NCBI GenBank assembly: GCA_020891255.1 | Contig: BQFW01000005.1 | Coordinates: 1,612,001-1,676,000, forward strand | Source of the DNA: Entomortierella parvispora E1425 | Taxonomy: Eukaryota; Fungi; Mortierellomycota | DNA: 64,000 nt | Direction: 5' to 3' | Shown: in pieces, positions 20,901 through 34,229 of the stretch | Position numbering within the stretch: position 1 is the first letter of the stretch | Layout: every line of letters starts with the position of its first letter | Notes under the pieces: generated by a model | Database searches by the model: none | What the model was told of the DNA's origin: nothing | What the model saw: the letters and a program-made list of their open reading frames with translations, nothing else | Position numbers and translations under genes: made by a program

Positions 20901-23449
20901 ATTGCCACGCAGGTGCTCAAAGAGGTCGAAAATAATAGATTTCATCTCCATCATATTCCTGAACGACTCATCGCCCAAGGCTGGGACTGTAGCAACACCT
21001 AAGTCGAAAATATGAATGTCAGATATTATAAACACCATAACCATGTCATGTTGAAATCCTCGACATGAAAATATCTTACCTTTGGTCATTTGTTGCAATA
21101 ACGTTTTTCGTCGCGCCAGTACCAAATGGAAACTTTCCCCTTCAGAAATTTCTCCGCTTGTCCCTGTGACCTCATTTGAACCTGCAAATGGATATTCGCC
21201 CAGAGTGCCTTGTTCACAGAGTGTCCTTACGGTCTCGAGGAAATATTCTGCCGCGAGTGATTCCTGAACAGTCGCCGGCTCATGCACCAATGCTGGCGGA
21301 GCCGCGGAGAGAACCACTGGCATAAAAGGTGTGTCAAACTCAACGGTGGCGTGGTAAATGTCAGCGTCGAGCCATGGTGTTGGCGTTGGATGGGTCCGGG
21401 CCAGGTCCGACTTCTCATCAGACATTCTAGCTGCATACTGTGTTTTCGGGCTCACTCCAAGAAGTCTGCCACCAATACTTGTCTCCAAAGACTGTGTTAG
21501 CACTGTCGCCGCAAACTTGGCCGAGTTGATCCCTTGAGCTGTCCAAGAGTTGGGGACCTTGGAAATCGTAGTTAATTTGCCAAACTTTGGTCTGGGAGTA
21601 GAAGGGCTGGAACTGTTGTCATCGCTGTCACTCGTCGAAGAACTCGAAGATGATCCACTGTCGCTGTCACTGCTAGCACTCCCATCTGAGCTTTTCTTTC
21701 GGTGGGATTGCAGTGATAAGGCTGAAATACCCCATGCGGTCGTGGACACAACGGTCCCTAGTCCTTGATCGCTTTTAGCAGCTGAGTACGCCAACGGCGA
21801 GCCTGATAATTTGGCCCTTTTCGATCTGTGACCTTTATCCCGGCGGTGAGGAACGATCCACTCTTGGTCTTTGCCTGGCTGATAATAAGGGAGATGTCTA
21901 GATTCGTGACGCAGCTGAATTGTCGACCGATGTGGGTTCCTCCTTCTCTTGTAAAGACGCTTGTACATGAACCGACCTCCAGCTTGATATTTGGATTCGT
22001 CCACGCAATATTCGCTGACTACCTTCAGGGGCGAGAAAGACGAGGGTATATAGCTCTGAATGGGCGAATGGACATTCTCCACCAAAAGTGAAGGCCGCCT
22101 CCGTGTCACTGTCAGATCACTCAGGACTGGTGTATCCTCCTGGGCGGGCGATTGCATTGACAGAGGTAATAGCCCATCAGAAGCTTGAGGGGCTGGTGTG
22201 AGCATTCCAATGTTGTGTGTTTGTTGGTGCAAGGAGATATGGTCGGTCGGCAGTGGTGATTCACTAAAGTCTCCATTGGGTAATATCACGGGTTTGTCCG
22301 TGTTAGCCATAGACACTAGGTTACTCGCAGGAGGTGTTGGTTGTGCGAATGCTGATATGTCTAGATCCATATTCGAAAATAGATTGTCGTCGTCAAGCGG
22401 GTCGGTCGAGGACTGATTAACAAAAGGATTTGACATTTCTGAGAATGCGGACATTAGACCATTTGTTGACTCGATGGCCGAGCTGTTGTTCGAGATTTCT
22501 GGTAGGGCTGAGGAAGACAAGGGTATACTGCTTTGCAACGAGCTCTCAAAGCCTGAAGCTATAGCAACAGGCTGCATTCGTGATGGAGCCGTACTTCTAG
22601 GTTGCTGTAAAAATAAATATGAAATAAAAAAAATAAAATTAGTATTTGAAAGGAACATGCGATCCAAATGAATTGTTGAATACTGTACCTTGTCGAAAAA
22701 ACTGAAATCTTCATTCGTGACTTCACCCCAGTCGCCCAAGTCGTCCGAATTTCCAGCACCGTAGAGCCCCATCATTGAGTCCATATCAATTAATCCCGAC
22801 ATCACATCATTGTCATCCGCAGGCAAATCAATAGGAAGCTGGTACGACGAACTAGTGCTTGCACTTTGAACCTCCACGGGCGCAGCATCAACCTTAGCTC
22901 CACTTTCATACTGAGATGTATCACTACACATATTTATGAAACATATGTTTGAAAGAAAAGTTAGGATGATCCAGTCGGGGAAAGGGCAGAACAAAAATAA
23001 ATGAACCTTTTCGTGAAGAACTCACCCAGAATTCGTTTGATCCGCTCCCGTGTTGCTGCTGGCGCCCCATGTTCCAGTGTCGGTAACTGGTACATCTGCC
23101 GATTGATAGCTATGGGGCGTGACTGCAGACATGATGCTCCTCTTGGGTCGCATCCGAATCCAGCCATCTTCTTCCTTCTTTATCGACAGAGTTGATTTCA
23201 CGTGAGATGTATTGGAAGATGTTGTTGGTCCAGATAGAGGGGTCTGACTGTCGCCGGCTGAAGGTGACTCGATAGTTTTGGGCTCGGCGTTGGCGCAAGA
23301 GTTCAGAACAATCGAGGTTAAATATGCGTAGGGATCCATGTACGACCAGTAGTCTATCCGATTAATGTCATAATGCTTCGCATTGGCTGTCCGACGAAAG
23401 TAGGCCTCCTGCTGCTGCTGTAAAAAAAATGATTGCTGCTGTTGCTGAA

Positions 23450-23483
<34 letters not shown>

Positions 23484-25282
23484 TTGAAGTTGGAGCTGCT
23501 GTTGCTGCCAAGCTGAGGAGCCAGCCTTCAGTCTGTTTCTCGGCTCTGCAAGAACAGGTGTATTCTCAGAGATGGGTTGAATCAGCTTGGGTACTGCTGG
23601 AGAAGCTATTGCATTCCTGGTACGCTCCTGCCAAGACCACAATGCGAACTTTGCACCAAGGTCTTCAACAAATCCAAGGTTCCGAGATCCCATGCCATTC
23701 AACTCGCCAACGTCGCTTGGTGACTCTTTGCTTGAAACTGGCACAAAGACACGCTCCGTAGGGTACTGCACCAAAATCTCACCCTGTCCTGCCATAATGC
23801 TGACGGTGACAAGTCGGGGTAGGGCGTCCGGTTGATTCAAGGTTTCCTCTGTCCCGGATCCAAAGAGATACGCCCAGCCTTCTATGCACTTCTCTGTCTG
23901 CTCTTCAGTAGAATCTGTCATCTCCCTAGGTCGGAGGACAGCACGTGTTCCATGTGGGCTTAAAAGAACTAGGAATGCAAAAAAATGTTAAGATACGACG
24001 TAGTAAAAACAATGGTAAAGCAACGTCATATCCCCTCTTTACCTTCAAAATCCTTCCCAGTTGCAAGCCGGATATCCAGATCCATAGCAGTAAGAGTACG
24101 CAGCCGATGATATTGGAAAGTTGGCTGGAAGATCAGGTTGGAGGATGACAGATACATGCTGATGGAGCACGAAAGCATTGCTCTATCCATTTGCAGACCC
24201 AATGTTAATTCCCGTGGATTTGTCAGATGCGTACGCTCCTTTGGTCAATTGTTAAAAGAAACACATACAATGAAGAAATCTTTGGAAAAGAAGGTAAAAC
24301 CGAACCATCCAGTCGAGGCTGCAGCGATGAAGGAAACACGTATGACTCTCCGAGTCGATATCCGCCTCTGGCCACCATTCCACTAAATCAAGAGGATTTC
24401 CATGTCAGCAAGAAATAAATCTTGGGTTACAGCATTTTGCATCGTTAAAACGACACACTCCAGGATGTATTTCACGCGTTTCTTACCGATCAAGGACGTT
24501 TCGAAGTCCGCAGATGAAGATCTCGTACTCTCGACTCGCGCTCACCATGTCGTTTGCAGATGCAGACATGGCTGTAGGTCGAGGAGTTTGAGGCGATCCG
24601 CTTGTAACGGGCGCACTGTACTGAGAGACGGTATCCCATGACAGGTTTCCCGATTGACACTCTATTGCAAGGATAAATTGCCAGTCAGCTTTAGTCTCAA
24701 TCTCTTTGACTAGTCAAAGATTTGATCGCCGCAGTTCGATCGCCCATACCTGTTAGTTTCTCCAGTCCATGGTCCTTGAGCTGCGACTTGTCTGTCAACC
24801 AAAAGACCCAAAGCTCTCTCTCCAATGAGCTCCGTCCTGATTTTGAGTCTGTAGGGGTTGTGCCCTGAGTTGTGTTATGTTCAGAGTAGCGCCACTCGCA
24901 AGGTATCCGAGCTTTCAATAAACTGACATAGCTGTTAAGGATCGGGTCTGTTTCCTCGGACGCGCCTCGCCCATCTCGCGACGTAGGGTCTGGGTGTGGT
25001 AGACTGGAACTGGAAGTAGCTCGTGGAGCTGCCTTTGGTCGATGGTCTGCGTTGAGTGACCGAGAAAACTCGCGTCGGGTACAGCTATAAGAATATCGCG
25101 TGAATTCAAACGTCGGTAGCTCAGACTAGACGGAAACAAGAATAGATGGAAAGAGTGAGAACCAAAGAACGATCAAAGCATGGCCTTCAGGACAGGCATG
25201 GCATAACAGCACTCTTTGAGCGCGCAGAGAACAAGAGCCGTACGATCGAGAAGATGTTTGTGGGTAGGTTGTCATGGAGCAT
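17931..25282 (-). CDS. MED13: Mediator of RNA polymerase II transcription subunit 13, multi-exon
   Basis: Exon 1 MLHDNLPTNIFSI|. N-terminal ELWVFW motif; LRFWEKLSLEPYS and C-terminal LHIGYGFSLDGRWLICVWTD...GE motifs. Poly-Q tract at about 23430-23510. Confidence 0.93.
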
Positions 25283-26847
25283 GGTTGGGATGGATGTCGG
25301 CTATTGGCCGTCGCCTAGTGGGAAGGATGAGAGCCAGCTGTAGAATAAAGAGTAGAAAGGAAAAAGATGTAGGAGACAAGGAAAAGAGGGATGCGACGAA
25401 AGGCCATCAAGCATGCGAGAGGAGAGGAATGAACCGGTGCGATGGCATTTCTAGAGCTGGATCATGCGCTTTGTCCAGAGAAGAAATGATCCCGGATGCA
25501 GCGGCAAGGGGTCGAGCAGGCGGGTGAAGGAAGATGGTGGTGGGATAGAGAGTGAAAGGGAAGGAAGGGAAGGAAGGGAAGAAGCAATGACAAGACAGGA
25601 ACAGACATGGCAATGCATGCATGCATCATCTGCTTCATCGCGCCGTCCCTGCCCCGCGTGCTAGAGCCGTGTGATCTGCGTGCGAGTCTGCAGGATACCG
25701 TGACATCATAACGCCGCCAAAATTAATCTCTGTTTAAATATTTTGTACTGCTAATAAATAATATCGCTCAAAACCGCGTTAACTTTAATGACTGTCAATG
25801 TCAAGATGAGACGAGCCCACCTCAATTGTGCCACTTCCACATCACCCTTTATCATTTTATCATTGCCTTCACAAAGCACCGCTCAACTCATAATCTTGTC
25901 ATTGGCCGCAGCTCTACGGCACTTCCTTTCTGTTCGTTTACTTCCTTCGAGACTACATCAGCCGGGCACTCGCAGCAGGTAACTGATATCGCTTGGTTCT
26001 CTTCCTCCCCCTCATTCCTGCCTGCCCTCCCTTGTCTTCAGGCTTCCTTTGGTTTACAACCAGACGAAGGGCCTCAGATCTGCATTGTTTGGGTTAGTTT
26101 TCGCGGTCTTTGCCGGCCCTGTGGAATGCTCTTCATCAGAGCCTCCTGCTTGGCAGCCACTGACTGCGACTGGCCAAGAGAGAACTCAACACATATCTAT
26201 GCGTTGTTTTAAATAGTCTGGGCGCTTTGAGGATGCATAGTAATTTGCCTAAAACACCCTTTTGACTGTGTTTCCTAGATCTGAGCCGAAATGCCTACCT
26301 CAGGAAGCTGGCACGATGGCATTAATGATCGGCGGAAGGGAGCAGGCTACTTTCTCAAGTCTCTGGTGGCAATCCCGTTACCTATGTCAAGTGAATATGT
26401 TGAATCCGAAGGCAGTGTGTTTGACAGGAGGATGGCAGAAGTGTCGTAGCTCTATACTTGGTTTGATTTTGCAAATGAGTTGCCATCAGATCTTTGCAAA
26501 CGTTGCAAACGTGAAGGCTTTGGATACCTCACATGGCCGTTCATTCGTGGAGCATCAGCCCTTGTCAAAATTTAATCCCAATCCTTCGAGGTTCCAGTCG
26601 ACGGGACAAAGGTTGGAAACACCATGGACGGAATCTTTTGGAGGAGATTGAGGTACGGACCTGTATGGCAGATGAAGTAGTAATCTCCGAAGGCCGACAA
26701 CTATATTTAGTAGAGGCCGCACTTGTTTACAATCCAAAGGTCGACAAGGAACCATAGGATAAATACAAGATGGGAGGATGTTGAAGAGACTCGTGGAACG
26801 TAACAGGAACAGAAGGAACGGATGACTACGAGCAGGGATGTAGTGGT

Positions 26848-27120
26848 ATGCCAGAATCGGTGCGCGTCAGCGAGTACATGTCGTGGCTCATGGATGAGGA
26901 GTCGACGGAGAGTGTTTCTTGCGCGCTGCTTGTGGAGAAGCTGAAGCTTGGCTTTGTGGATTTAAAGGATGCAAAGACAGCGTATCAAACACTGATCGCC
27001 TCTTCTCGTATCCGAGGGGATCGTAGACAGGGTATGCAAGCGACATACTAGGTGTTTTTGCGGAACAAGTTACGATTATTTTGGTCAAATGATTTGCTCG
27101 AAATGAAAAGGAGACCAAAA
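26848..27120 (+). pseudogene. Coding-like fragment of an unidentified expanded family, in-frame stop
   Basis: MPESVRVSEYMSWLMDEE...AKTAYQTLIASSRIRGDRRQGMQATY*VFLRNKLRLFWSND reads through a single stop. Confidence 0.3.
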
Positions 27121-27189
27121 CAAACCTGGGGATAGCTATCAGAGAGGGTGGTACAAACTGCAAGCGTGAGGGAGATTGAGTCGGCATAC

Positions 27190-28036
27190 TCTCCCAAACC
27201 TACACGCGAGTTCATTTGAAATGAGTTGGACTGTGCTGTGTTGTCAGCCTGTCCTAACGCACTGCTCCTTCACGATGTTGACACTGGCACCAAATCCTCA
27301 GCGCACACCACAGACCTGGCGTCATCTCTGGACTTTCGCCCTCTGTACTCGACACATGAATCCGTAGCTGGCAGGCTATGCTCATTTCTGAAAGAGGATT
27401 TTTTTTCCTCTTTCTCGACCTCCTCTCCCACTCTGATGCCACCCGTACGTTGCAATGGTTTTACTCCTCACTGGGCATCAATATGATATGCTCTTGTTGT
27501 TTCTGCTCCTGGCAATCACTGCCTCCCTTATCCTGCCACACCCTTTCTTCACTGATGACTGAGACCAGTCTGTGTTTCCAACCGAGGTTTGGTGTGTTTG
27601 GCCAAAACAACGCGTGTGGATCTCCTGGTTTGTGCGTGTCTTTGTCCACGAATGTCGTGGCGAGTACATTGATGTCACCACGAGACTTGCAGATGAGACA
27701 AGTGCTTACCACCAACGCCACACAGGTGCAAGTGCACATATTTGATGTGGCTATTGTGGGCTTTGTACGTGTGATGACTACCAGATCTGCAAGTACCCCA
27801 AATGCTTATATGATATAGTACGTATTGTGTTTTGTGTTTCTCATTGTTTTACTTTTTGTCAATTATACCCTTGTGTGCGAGATAAGACTATGTCGCCAGG
27901 CTCTTGAACCGCGTGATTTGTGGATTACGATCCTGCACGACTTGTACACCCAGCCCATACACATGGAGGAGGCGCTTTTTCGAATACAGCGAACAATATT
28001 TCGAGAGAGGAGAAAAAGAACTGTGTGGATGCTATG
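27190..28036 (+). pseudogene. Decayed paralog of the F-box/Cys-rich gene at 30832
   Basis: Nucleotide blocks gcgtgtctttgtccacgaatg, tgtggattacg-tcctgcacgacttgtac and tttttcga-tac-gcg-acaat-tttcga-agagg are shared with 31454-31870. Several Cys codons are lost, and stops and frameshifts are present. Confidence 0.8.
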
Positions 28037-28491
28037 AAATGGGCGAAATACTTTCAACAACAATTCTTTTTTGTCGCTTTCCAAGGATTTCGACTTCCGC
28101 GGTCTCTAGTGAGACTTCGTGCCAAAATAATAATAGCTGAATCTGTATTATCGATGGGTTCGCGATGTTCTCGCGATGTGCTCGCTTGCGCGGGCGAGGC
28201 GCCACGCTAGCGCGAAAAAGCCTATGAGTCAAGAAAAAAAAAGGGAAAAAAGTGAAGAACAAGATACGAAACGCTGAAAGAAATGGGTTATGAAAAGATC
28301 AGTGGAGGGCTGGGTGAGAAAATAGGCGTAGAAGATTTGTAGATAGTCTCTGTTCGTTGTACCATGTTCTCAATGTCTCCCGTTATGGGCACCCAAAAAA
28401 CATTTTCCTTTCTTCTTTTTTTTTTTTTTTAGTGGTCTTTCTTTAATGAAAAAGAGTGAAGGGGGGAAAGGAAGAGAGTGTATCCAATCTA

Positions 28492-30301
28492 TCAACCCAT
28501 GAAGGGACGCTTGGTCGGGCAAGTCAACTTCTTGTTGAAGGAACTCTTCCAGAGAGCCTCATCCGTATGCCAATCCACAGCGCTCTTCTCACCCTTCTTG
28601 GGAGCAACGAGACCCTTCTTGGAATAGCTGAAGCACTTTTGGAACAATGGCTTGTTGAAGTCCCAGAAGTTGTCCTTCTTGTCGACACCCCAAGGTCCCA
28701 ACTTTCCAGTCACACCATAGCCCAAAGCCAACTGACCGTGCAATCCAACACACGAGTTGGCAGACAAAGAGTTGCTACCGCTGATGCTCAACTCTGCATT
28801 GGCGTTCAAGCCAATGGAGGGCATGACGGCGACCTTGGCATCGACGAGCTGCAAGACTTGAATACCAAGACCGAATTCGGGAACCATCGCCACGGACAAT
28901 GTGGCGGCCACATCAATGTTTTCACTAATGTTAAAGCTTCCAATTTCGGTTCCTCGGATAGCGTTGGGCTTGGAACCATCGCCCACCGAAATGTCGACAC
29001 TGGGCAAGTGGACCGTGGTCGAGACTTCGAGATGACCATCGACCGAGATGGCACCGCTCAATTTAAGATCAGCCTTGACATAGGGACCAACGGTCACAAT
29101 ACCCATCACAGAAAAGCCGGGAAGACCCGTCATTTTCAAAACAGAGACCACCTCTCCCTCGAAGTGATACTTGGCAAGACCAGACAGGGCCAAGGAGGCC
29201 GAGATGGATCCCTCGGATTGGAAATAGGCACGATGCTCCTTGATGGTCCAAAGAGTACCGCTCAAGTAGTAGCCATAAGCCATCTTTCCCTTCAACTCGC
29301 CTGCGGCCATGGCCTTGAGCGAGAGATCAAAGGTCTCGCACTTGGCCTCGAGACCAGCCAATTGCAACTTGAAGGCCTTGTTGATCGAGACAGACTCGTC
29401 ATGACCGAGATCCCAGCGTTTAGCAAGCTGACGCTTACCATTGCTCTTCTTGCTCACTTTACCAGAGGCGGACTTCTTGGGATCAAAGCCAAAAGTCTTC
29501 ACATCAATCGTGAGACCAATATCGGGGCGACCAGCCGTTTTGGGAATGGCCTTGAAGTTGTAATCAAACTTCATAATAAAGACAGACACATCCTTGGCGC
29601 GACTCACGCGGATCCTTTCGGCTTCGGGCAACTTGCTGACAGTAGTGGGCTCAAACTTGACGATCCTTCCAAAGGGAGCACCGCAGGACTTTGGCAAAGT
29701 CACGAGCGTGTTGTCAGCACCGCCGACAAAGAGACCAGCGCAATCCTTCTTGGGGTTCTTGCTAGTGCAATAAGCCATGACGGTTTGACCTTTGGTCAAC
29801 GTGGGAGAGTCCTTGCAGCCGACAATGGTCCAAGGGGATTTGGTCTTGCGACCCAAATCATAAACGCGGGAAGCAGGACCGTGGAAGGAGATACCACCCT
29901 CAAAGGCCGGGCGGGAAGGCTGCTTGGGAGGGTTACGGCCATTGGTGGGGCCAGTCGAGATGTCGTCGTCACCAATGACGTAGGAAATCTCGGTGGAGCT
30001 ATCATCACGCTTGTAGAGTTGATGGGACAACCAATCGGCCGAAGCAAAATGCTCTGTTTTTGTAGGGTAGATCGAGAGGGAATAGTCAGCGTTGTATGGA
30101 CATGATTGCAATTTGTTGAAGTGGGCGGGTGAGAAAGAACGTCAAGGGAATGAATACATGTGATGGGGGCGAGGGTTAAGTAAGGTTGATCTGTTCAGAG
30201 CTTTTGGAAAGAGATCACGTACCTGGTTCTTGAGCAATGACAATACTTTCACCCATTTGGGCGAGAACGAGGCACGAAGCCAAGAGGAGGGAAATCTTCA
30301 T
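28492..30301 (-). CDS. Secreted beta-rich protein resembling the C-terminal region found on some fungal GH18 chitinases (DUF7223-like)
   Basis: Signal exon MKISLLLASCLVLAQMGESIVIAQEP|gtacgt. Motif WTIVGC...YC...C..LF.GGADNTLVTLPKSCGAPFGRIV...FDYNF..IP. Possible Kex2 sites LYKR and LAKR. The family label is from recall. Confidence 0.7.
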
Positions 30302-30831
30302 CTTGAAAATCAGAAAGACGCGGCTTGGAACGTGAAGGGAGAAGAGAGACTACAGTAAAAGTAGTAGGGAGTGCGGAGGAGGAGAATGAGTGCTTGAGAA
30401 AGCGTGGAAGGGCGGGAAGGGGGGAGGGGGCAAAGAGGAGGGTTTAGCAACGATCCAAAAAACAAAAAAGAAAAAAAAGAGAGAGGGATCCCATCGCTTA
30501 TAAAGGGCTTCTTCACTTCTCAACCTAGAATCGGATCAGCCATGTTGCCAGAAAAGGTACAAGTACATGTCGATAGGTAAACCCACGAGTTTTTCGAAAG
30601 GGCAGAACCGTGTGGGAAGATACATACTGTTGCTTCATACCTGCATGGATGCTGCCACAGACGAGGGTACATTTCTGCAGGTCAAACCTGCGTTAACTTT
30701 ATTTTTGGCCATAAAAAGAGTTGGCTGTCAAGAGTTGTGAGCACAGCGCTCTCTCTTTTTCTCTTTCTTTCTCAGTTTTTCTCTCTTTCTCTTTCTTTCT
30801 CCCTTACTCTCCCTTCCCCGCCTCCACTCTG

Positions 30832-31883
30832 ATGCAATCCGTAAGGTGAATTGGCTTTGTTCCCCACTGAACGTCGGCATCCCTCTTAGTATGTTTCTGT
30901 TCTAAGTTTCGCCGCTTTTCTATCCCTCTATCCTACCACGCCGCTCCTTTGCCGCCCCTGACTGAAACTCAAAGTCTGTACTACCCACTGAGGTTTGGTG
31001 GAGTGTGTTCGACCACCTCAACGCGTGTGATCTCCTAATTCTCTCCAGGGTCTCACATTCCTTCAGGAATGCTGTCTTTGGGTACAAGCCAGGCAGGCCT
31101 CTAGACCTGTCCATTCTGCCCCCAAAAAAGCGACAGTCATTCAACACCGCTACCGCATTAACAGGCGCTCTAAAATTGCTCATTGCCAACCATGCCGGCT
31201 TGGATGTATCTGGAACCCTCATTACCGCTTCAGACTTGGACGCGCTACTTCGATTGAACCCCGCTTGGATCAGTATCGACCGCTGTATAGCCTTTTCTAA
31301 AAAATACAAGCTAATGGGGCGTGTAGCGGTGAATACCTTTATCGACACGGTGAAAAAAAAACCATGGATCACCACCGATATGTACATGTTGGACGGGGGA
31401 TTACCCCAGCGATTAGGTTCCACAAAGTATCTGGAGGAATGCCACGATAGAGCGCGTGTCTTTGTCCACGAATGCGGTGGCGGTTACATTGATGTGACCC
31501 GAGCAGTGGAGAAACAGGCTGACGAGACGATACCCTGTCACCAATGCGGATCATCTACGAGCGAGGATAGTCGTTGCAGCTCCTGCCAGCTTTGGACGTG
31601 TGATGACTGCCAGACCAGCAAGTGCACCAAATGCCCACCTGACATGCATGGCATGTATTGTACTTCGTGTATCAATTCCCACGTTTGTACCCTTTGTCAA
31701 TCCTACCCTTGTGAGTGGAATGCGACTGAAGTCGCCAAGCTCTTGGACTGTGTGGTATGTGGATTACGGTCCTGCACGACTTGTACCCCCAGCTTGTTCA
31801 CATGCAAGAAGTGCTTTTTCGAGTACTGCGGACAATGTTTCGAAAGAGGTGAAAACGAATTCTGTGGATGGAAGTGCTCATAA
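30832..31883 (+). CDS. F-box protein with an LRR-like segment and a long CxxC-rich C-terminus (2 exons)
   Basis: ATG CAA TCC|gtaagg...aaag|SVLPTEVWWSVFDHLNACDLLILSRVSHSFRNAV is an F-box. The C-terminus has about 10 CxxC pairs. Confidence 0.85.
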
Positions 31884-32109
31884 GAGGGCTAAATCTTTGC
31901 AAATAAAAAACGACCTTTTCGCCCATTTTTTTCTTGGAGTTCTATTTCTGATTCTGAGGGCCTGCAAGGAACTGAGTGTCAATAATCGAGCTAATTGATT
32001 TTTTTTTTTTGCCCTCTTCTTTAAGAGGTTCGTGTTTTTCGCTCATTCGTATTACCGGGGATGGGGCGTACAGATTGAAACAAGAATACGAAGGAATGTA
32101 CTTGTCTGG

Positions 32110-32330
32110 GTGTCACGCCTGCTGCATGCCAGTGAGCGTCAGAGGCATCCCATGCAGCCTTTTTGATGTGAGCGTCGAGAAGCGTCCCTTCGGTTGCTGA
32201 AGAAAGTATGGACTGGTTGTTTGTCGCGAATGATGGAAAGAGCAAACCACTCCACATCGTTTCAAGTCACCAATTGATCGCTCGACACGCTTCTGTGCTG
32301 TCCAAGTGTGGATATTAACGAACAATAGTC
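32110..32330 (-). pseudogene. Degenerate fragment homologous to 10312-10600
   Basis: Shared nucleotide blocks (see the 10312 entry); frameshifted relative to that copy. Confidence 0.4.
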
Positions 32331-32711
32331 TCTTGTTTGAGAAGCTGCCGCAAGTCTGACTCCGTCGTTGGACGTCGTAGCAAATCAGTAAGAGGATGGG
32401 ATTGAGGCCACAACGAGTGTGATATGGGTGCCGTCATTCTAGAAGCAGCGATGACTTGGTTGGTTTTCTCTGTCGCCATGGTATTGCAGAGCTGGATCAA
32501 CATTGGATGGATCCCAAGTCGTCTCAGGCTGCGTTCAAAGGGTCTGTCTCGGGCTGCGGTTTACATAGTCAAAACGGCGGCGGATGTCCTACATACAAAC
32601 ATTCTGATTGGTCACCTGATGATTGTGACTATTTTATTGTCGCGTCCAGCCGGGGCAGCCCAAAAGTTCACCACGCATGGTTCCTGCATGCTTCAGCGTT
32701 CCAAAATTCAT

Positions 32712-32844
32712 TAGCCTGCCTCCTTTCTTCGAGGCCAAGAGAATCACTTTCTTGATTCTTTGAGTTGATTGGCCCTTCTTTTCGTTTTGTGTAACTTGGT
32801 TCTCGCTGGAAAGCAGATTTCCAGAGAAGAAAGGAGGGCGGCTA
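32712..32844. mobile_element. MITE with terminal inverted repeats and TA flanks
   Basis: TA|gcctgcctcctttctt ... aagaaaggagggcggc|TA; a second copy lies at 50924-51055. Confidence 0.75.
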
Positions 32845-33420
32845 TTGTGCCTGGTGGAAGGACAGCTTTGGTGACCTCTGTGCCCACCAGAGAGCCGTGG
32901 CGAGAAATGTTTTCGTCGTGTCACTGATGGCAGAGGACAAGACTATTTTGTTGACCACTCGCATGTCTCCATGTACTTTTTCTGATAGCTGATAGGAAAG
33001 AATAGCCATCTCGCCACGGCGAGGATCGATTGCCATGAAAGAGAGTCGTCCCGTCCAGTGCCTAGGAAAAGATAATAAACCACTTTGCGTCACAATCCCT
33101 TCGATCACAGCAATGCTATCCAGAATGACCACAGAGAAAAGCTATCCAGTTCTGTGTTCCTGCAAAAACGACTCCTCGCTGAAAAAAGACGACATAACGG
33201 TTGCAGACCTGTCACCCTTCCCACGCCCAACTTCTTGCGGTGTTTTGAATGCTCTTTTGTGTGTTACTCGGACCCCATGTTGGTGCAAGACCCATGTTGA
33301 ACACAGCAGGCAGTCCTGGACACCAAAGACCACAAAACTCCCCCCCGCCCACATTGTACAACTCTGCAAACCGGGCAGCATCAACCAGTTGGGATCACGC
33401 CGAGAGGTTTTTTTCTCGGT
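32842..33420 (-). pseudogene. Long frame with one in-frame stop (33144-33142), unidentified
   Basis: Track ORFs 33142..33546 and 32842..33132 are in the same frame, separated by a single stop. Confidence 0.3.
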
Positions 33421-33590
33421 ATAAAACATGAAAAGAATGCCCTGCAAAGTAAAAACATCTTTGCCCCTCCCTCCAACATCACTGTCTCTTTCAATTGGTA
33501 ACCCCCCCTTGCATTTACCCCAAACCCTCTGCTTCTGTCGCCCCACACTGACAAATAGATTCTACATACCCTCTCGCACAGATAGCAACC

Positions 33591-34229
33591 ATGAAGTTGT
33601 TCTCGACCATCGCTCTTGCCTCTTTGGCGACCACCTTGTACTTGGCTCCATCGGTCACCGGTGCCCCGGCCAAGCCATCGGTCACTGCTGTCCCCTCCAA
33701 TCAGCCGCCTTTCAATAGCAGCCAAGCGTCATGGCCTCCAGCCAACGCGCGCAATGGCGCCGCCAAGCTTCAAGGGGATTTTGTCCCTTACAGGTTCCAC
33801 GACTTTGTGAGATACGCGGGATGCCACAACGCGCAGTATCATAGCCCGCAGTGTAAAGACGATTGTCCCCGGTGGACCTTCATAATCACTCTTCCGGCCA
33901 AGACAGAGTTTTGCCTGTACCACACCGGGGACTTGGACACGACCAGTTGTGTCATCTTCAGCGAGAGTGCGGCTCCACAAGATGCCAACTATCTTATCCA
34001 ACAGATCTTTAAGAAAAACTTGTTCAACTTCAAAAGCTCCCAAGGTATCAGCAACTGGGCTTGGGCTCAAGGTTGGATTGAGGATATTATAGGTGGTCGC
34101 TTTCTCCAGTTTGGGGTGTCTATCCAAAAGGGCCGCCACGACACGCTTGGGACCTCTCTGGGTCGTGCTTCCAATAACCCTTACGATAATACATCCATCA
34201 TTAAGAAACCAGACACTGACGAATGCTAG
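33591..34229 (+). CDS. Secreted orphan protein (212 aa), intronless
   Basis: Strong signal peptide MKLFSTIALASLATTLYLAPSVTGA, a Pro/Ser linker, then a compact Cys/Trp-containing domain. Confidence 0.75.
   Translation: MKLFSTIALASLATTLYLAPSVTGAPAKPSVTAVPSNQPPFNSSQASWPPANARNGAAKLQGDFVPYRFHDFVRYAGCHNAQYHSPQCKDDCPRWTFIITLPAKTEFCLYHTGDLDTTSCVIFSESAAPQDANYLIQQIFKKNLFNFKSSQGISNWAWAQGWIEDIIGGRFLQFGVSIQKGRHDTLGTSLGRASNNPYDNTSIIKKPDTDEC

Noticed and set aside
20990-22690. Odd hydrophobic insertions inside the 1687-aa MED13 ORF
   Set aside because: These are stop-free in-frame introns with GT-AG ends (about 21003-21080 and 22600-22690), not protein inserts.
28456-30105. 549-aa plus-strand ORF
   Set aside because: It is the antisense shadow of the secreted protein gene on the minus strand; there is no recognisable motif, and such shadows are typical of biased codon usage.
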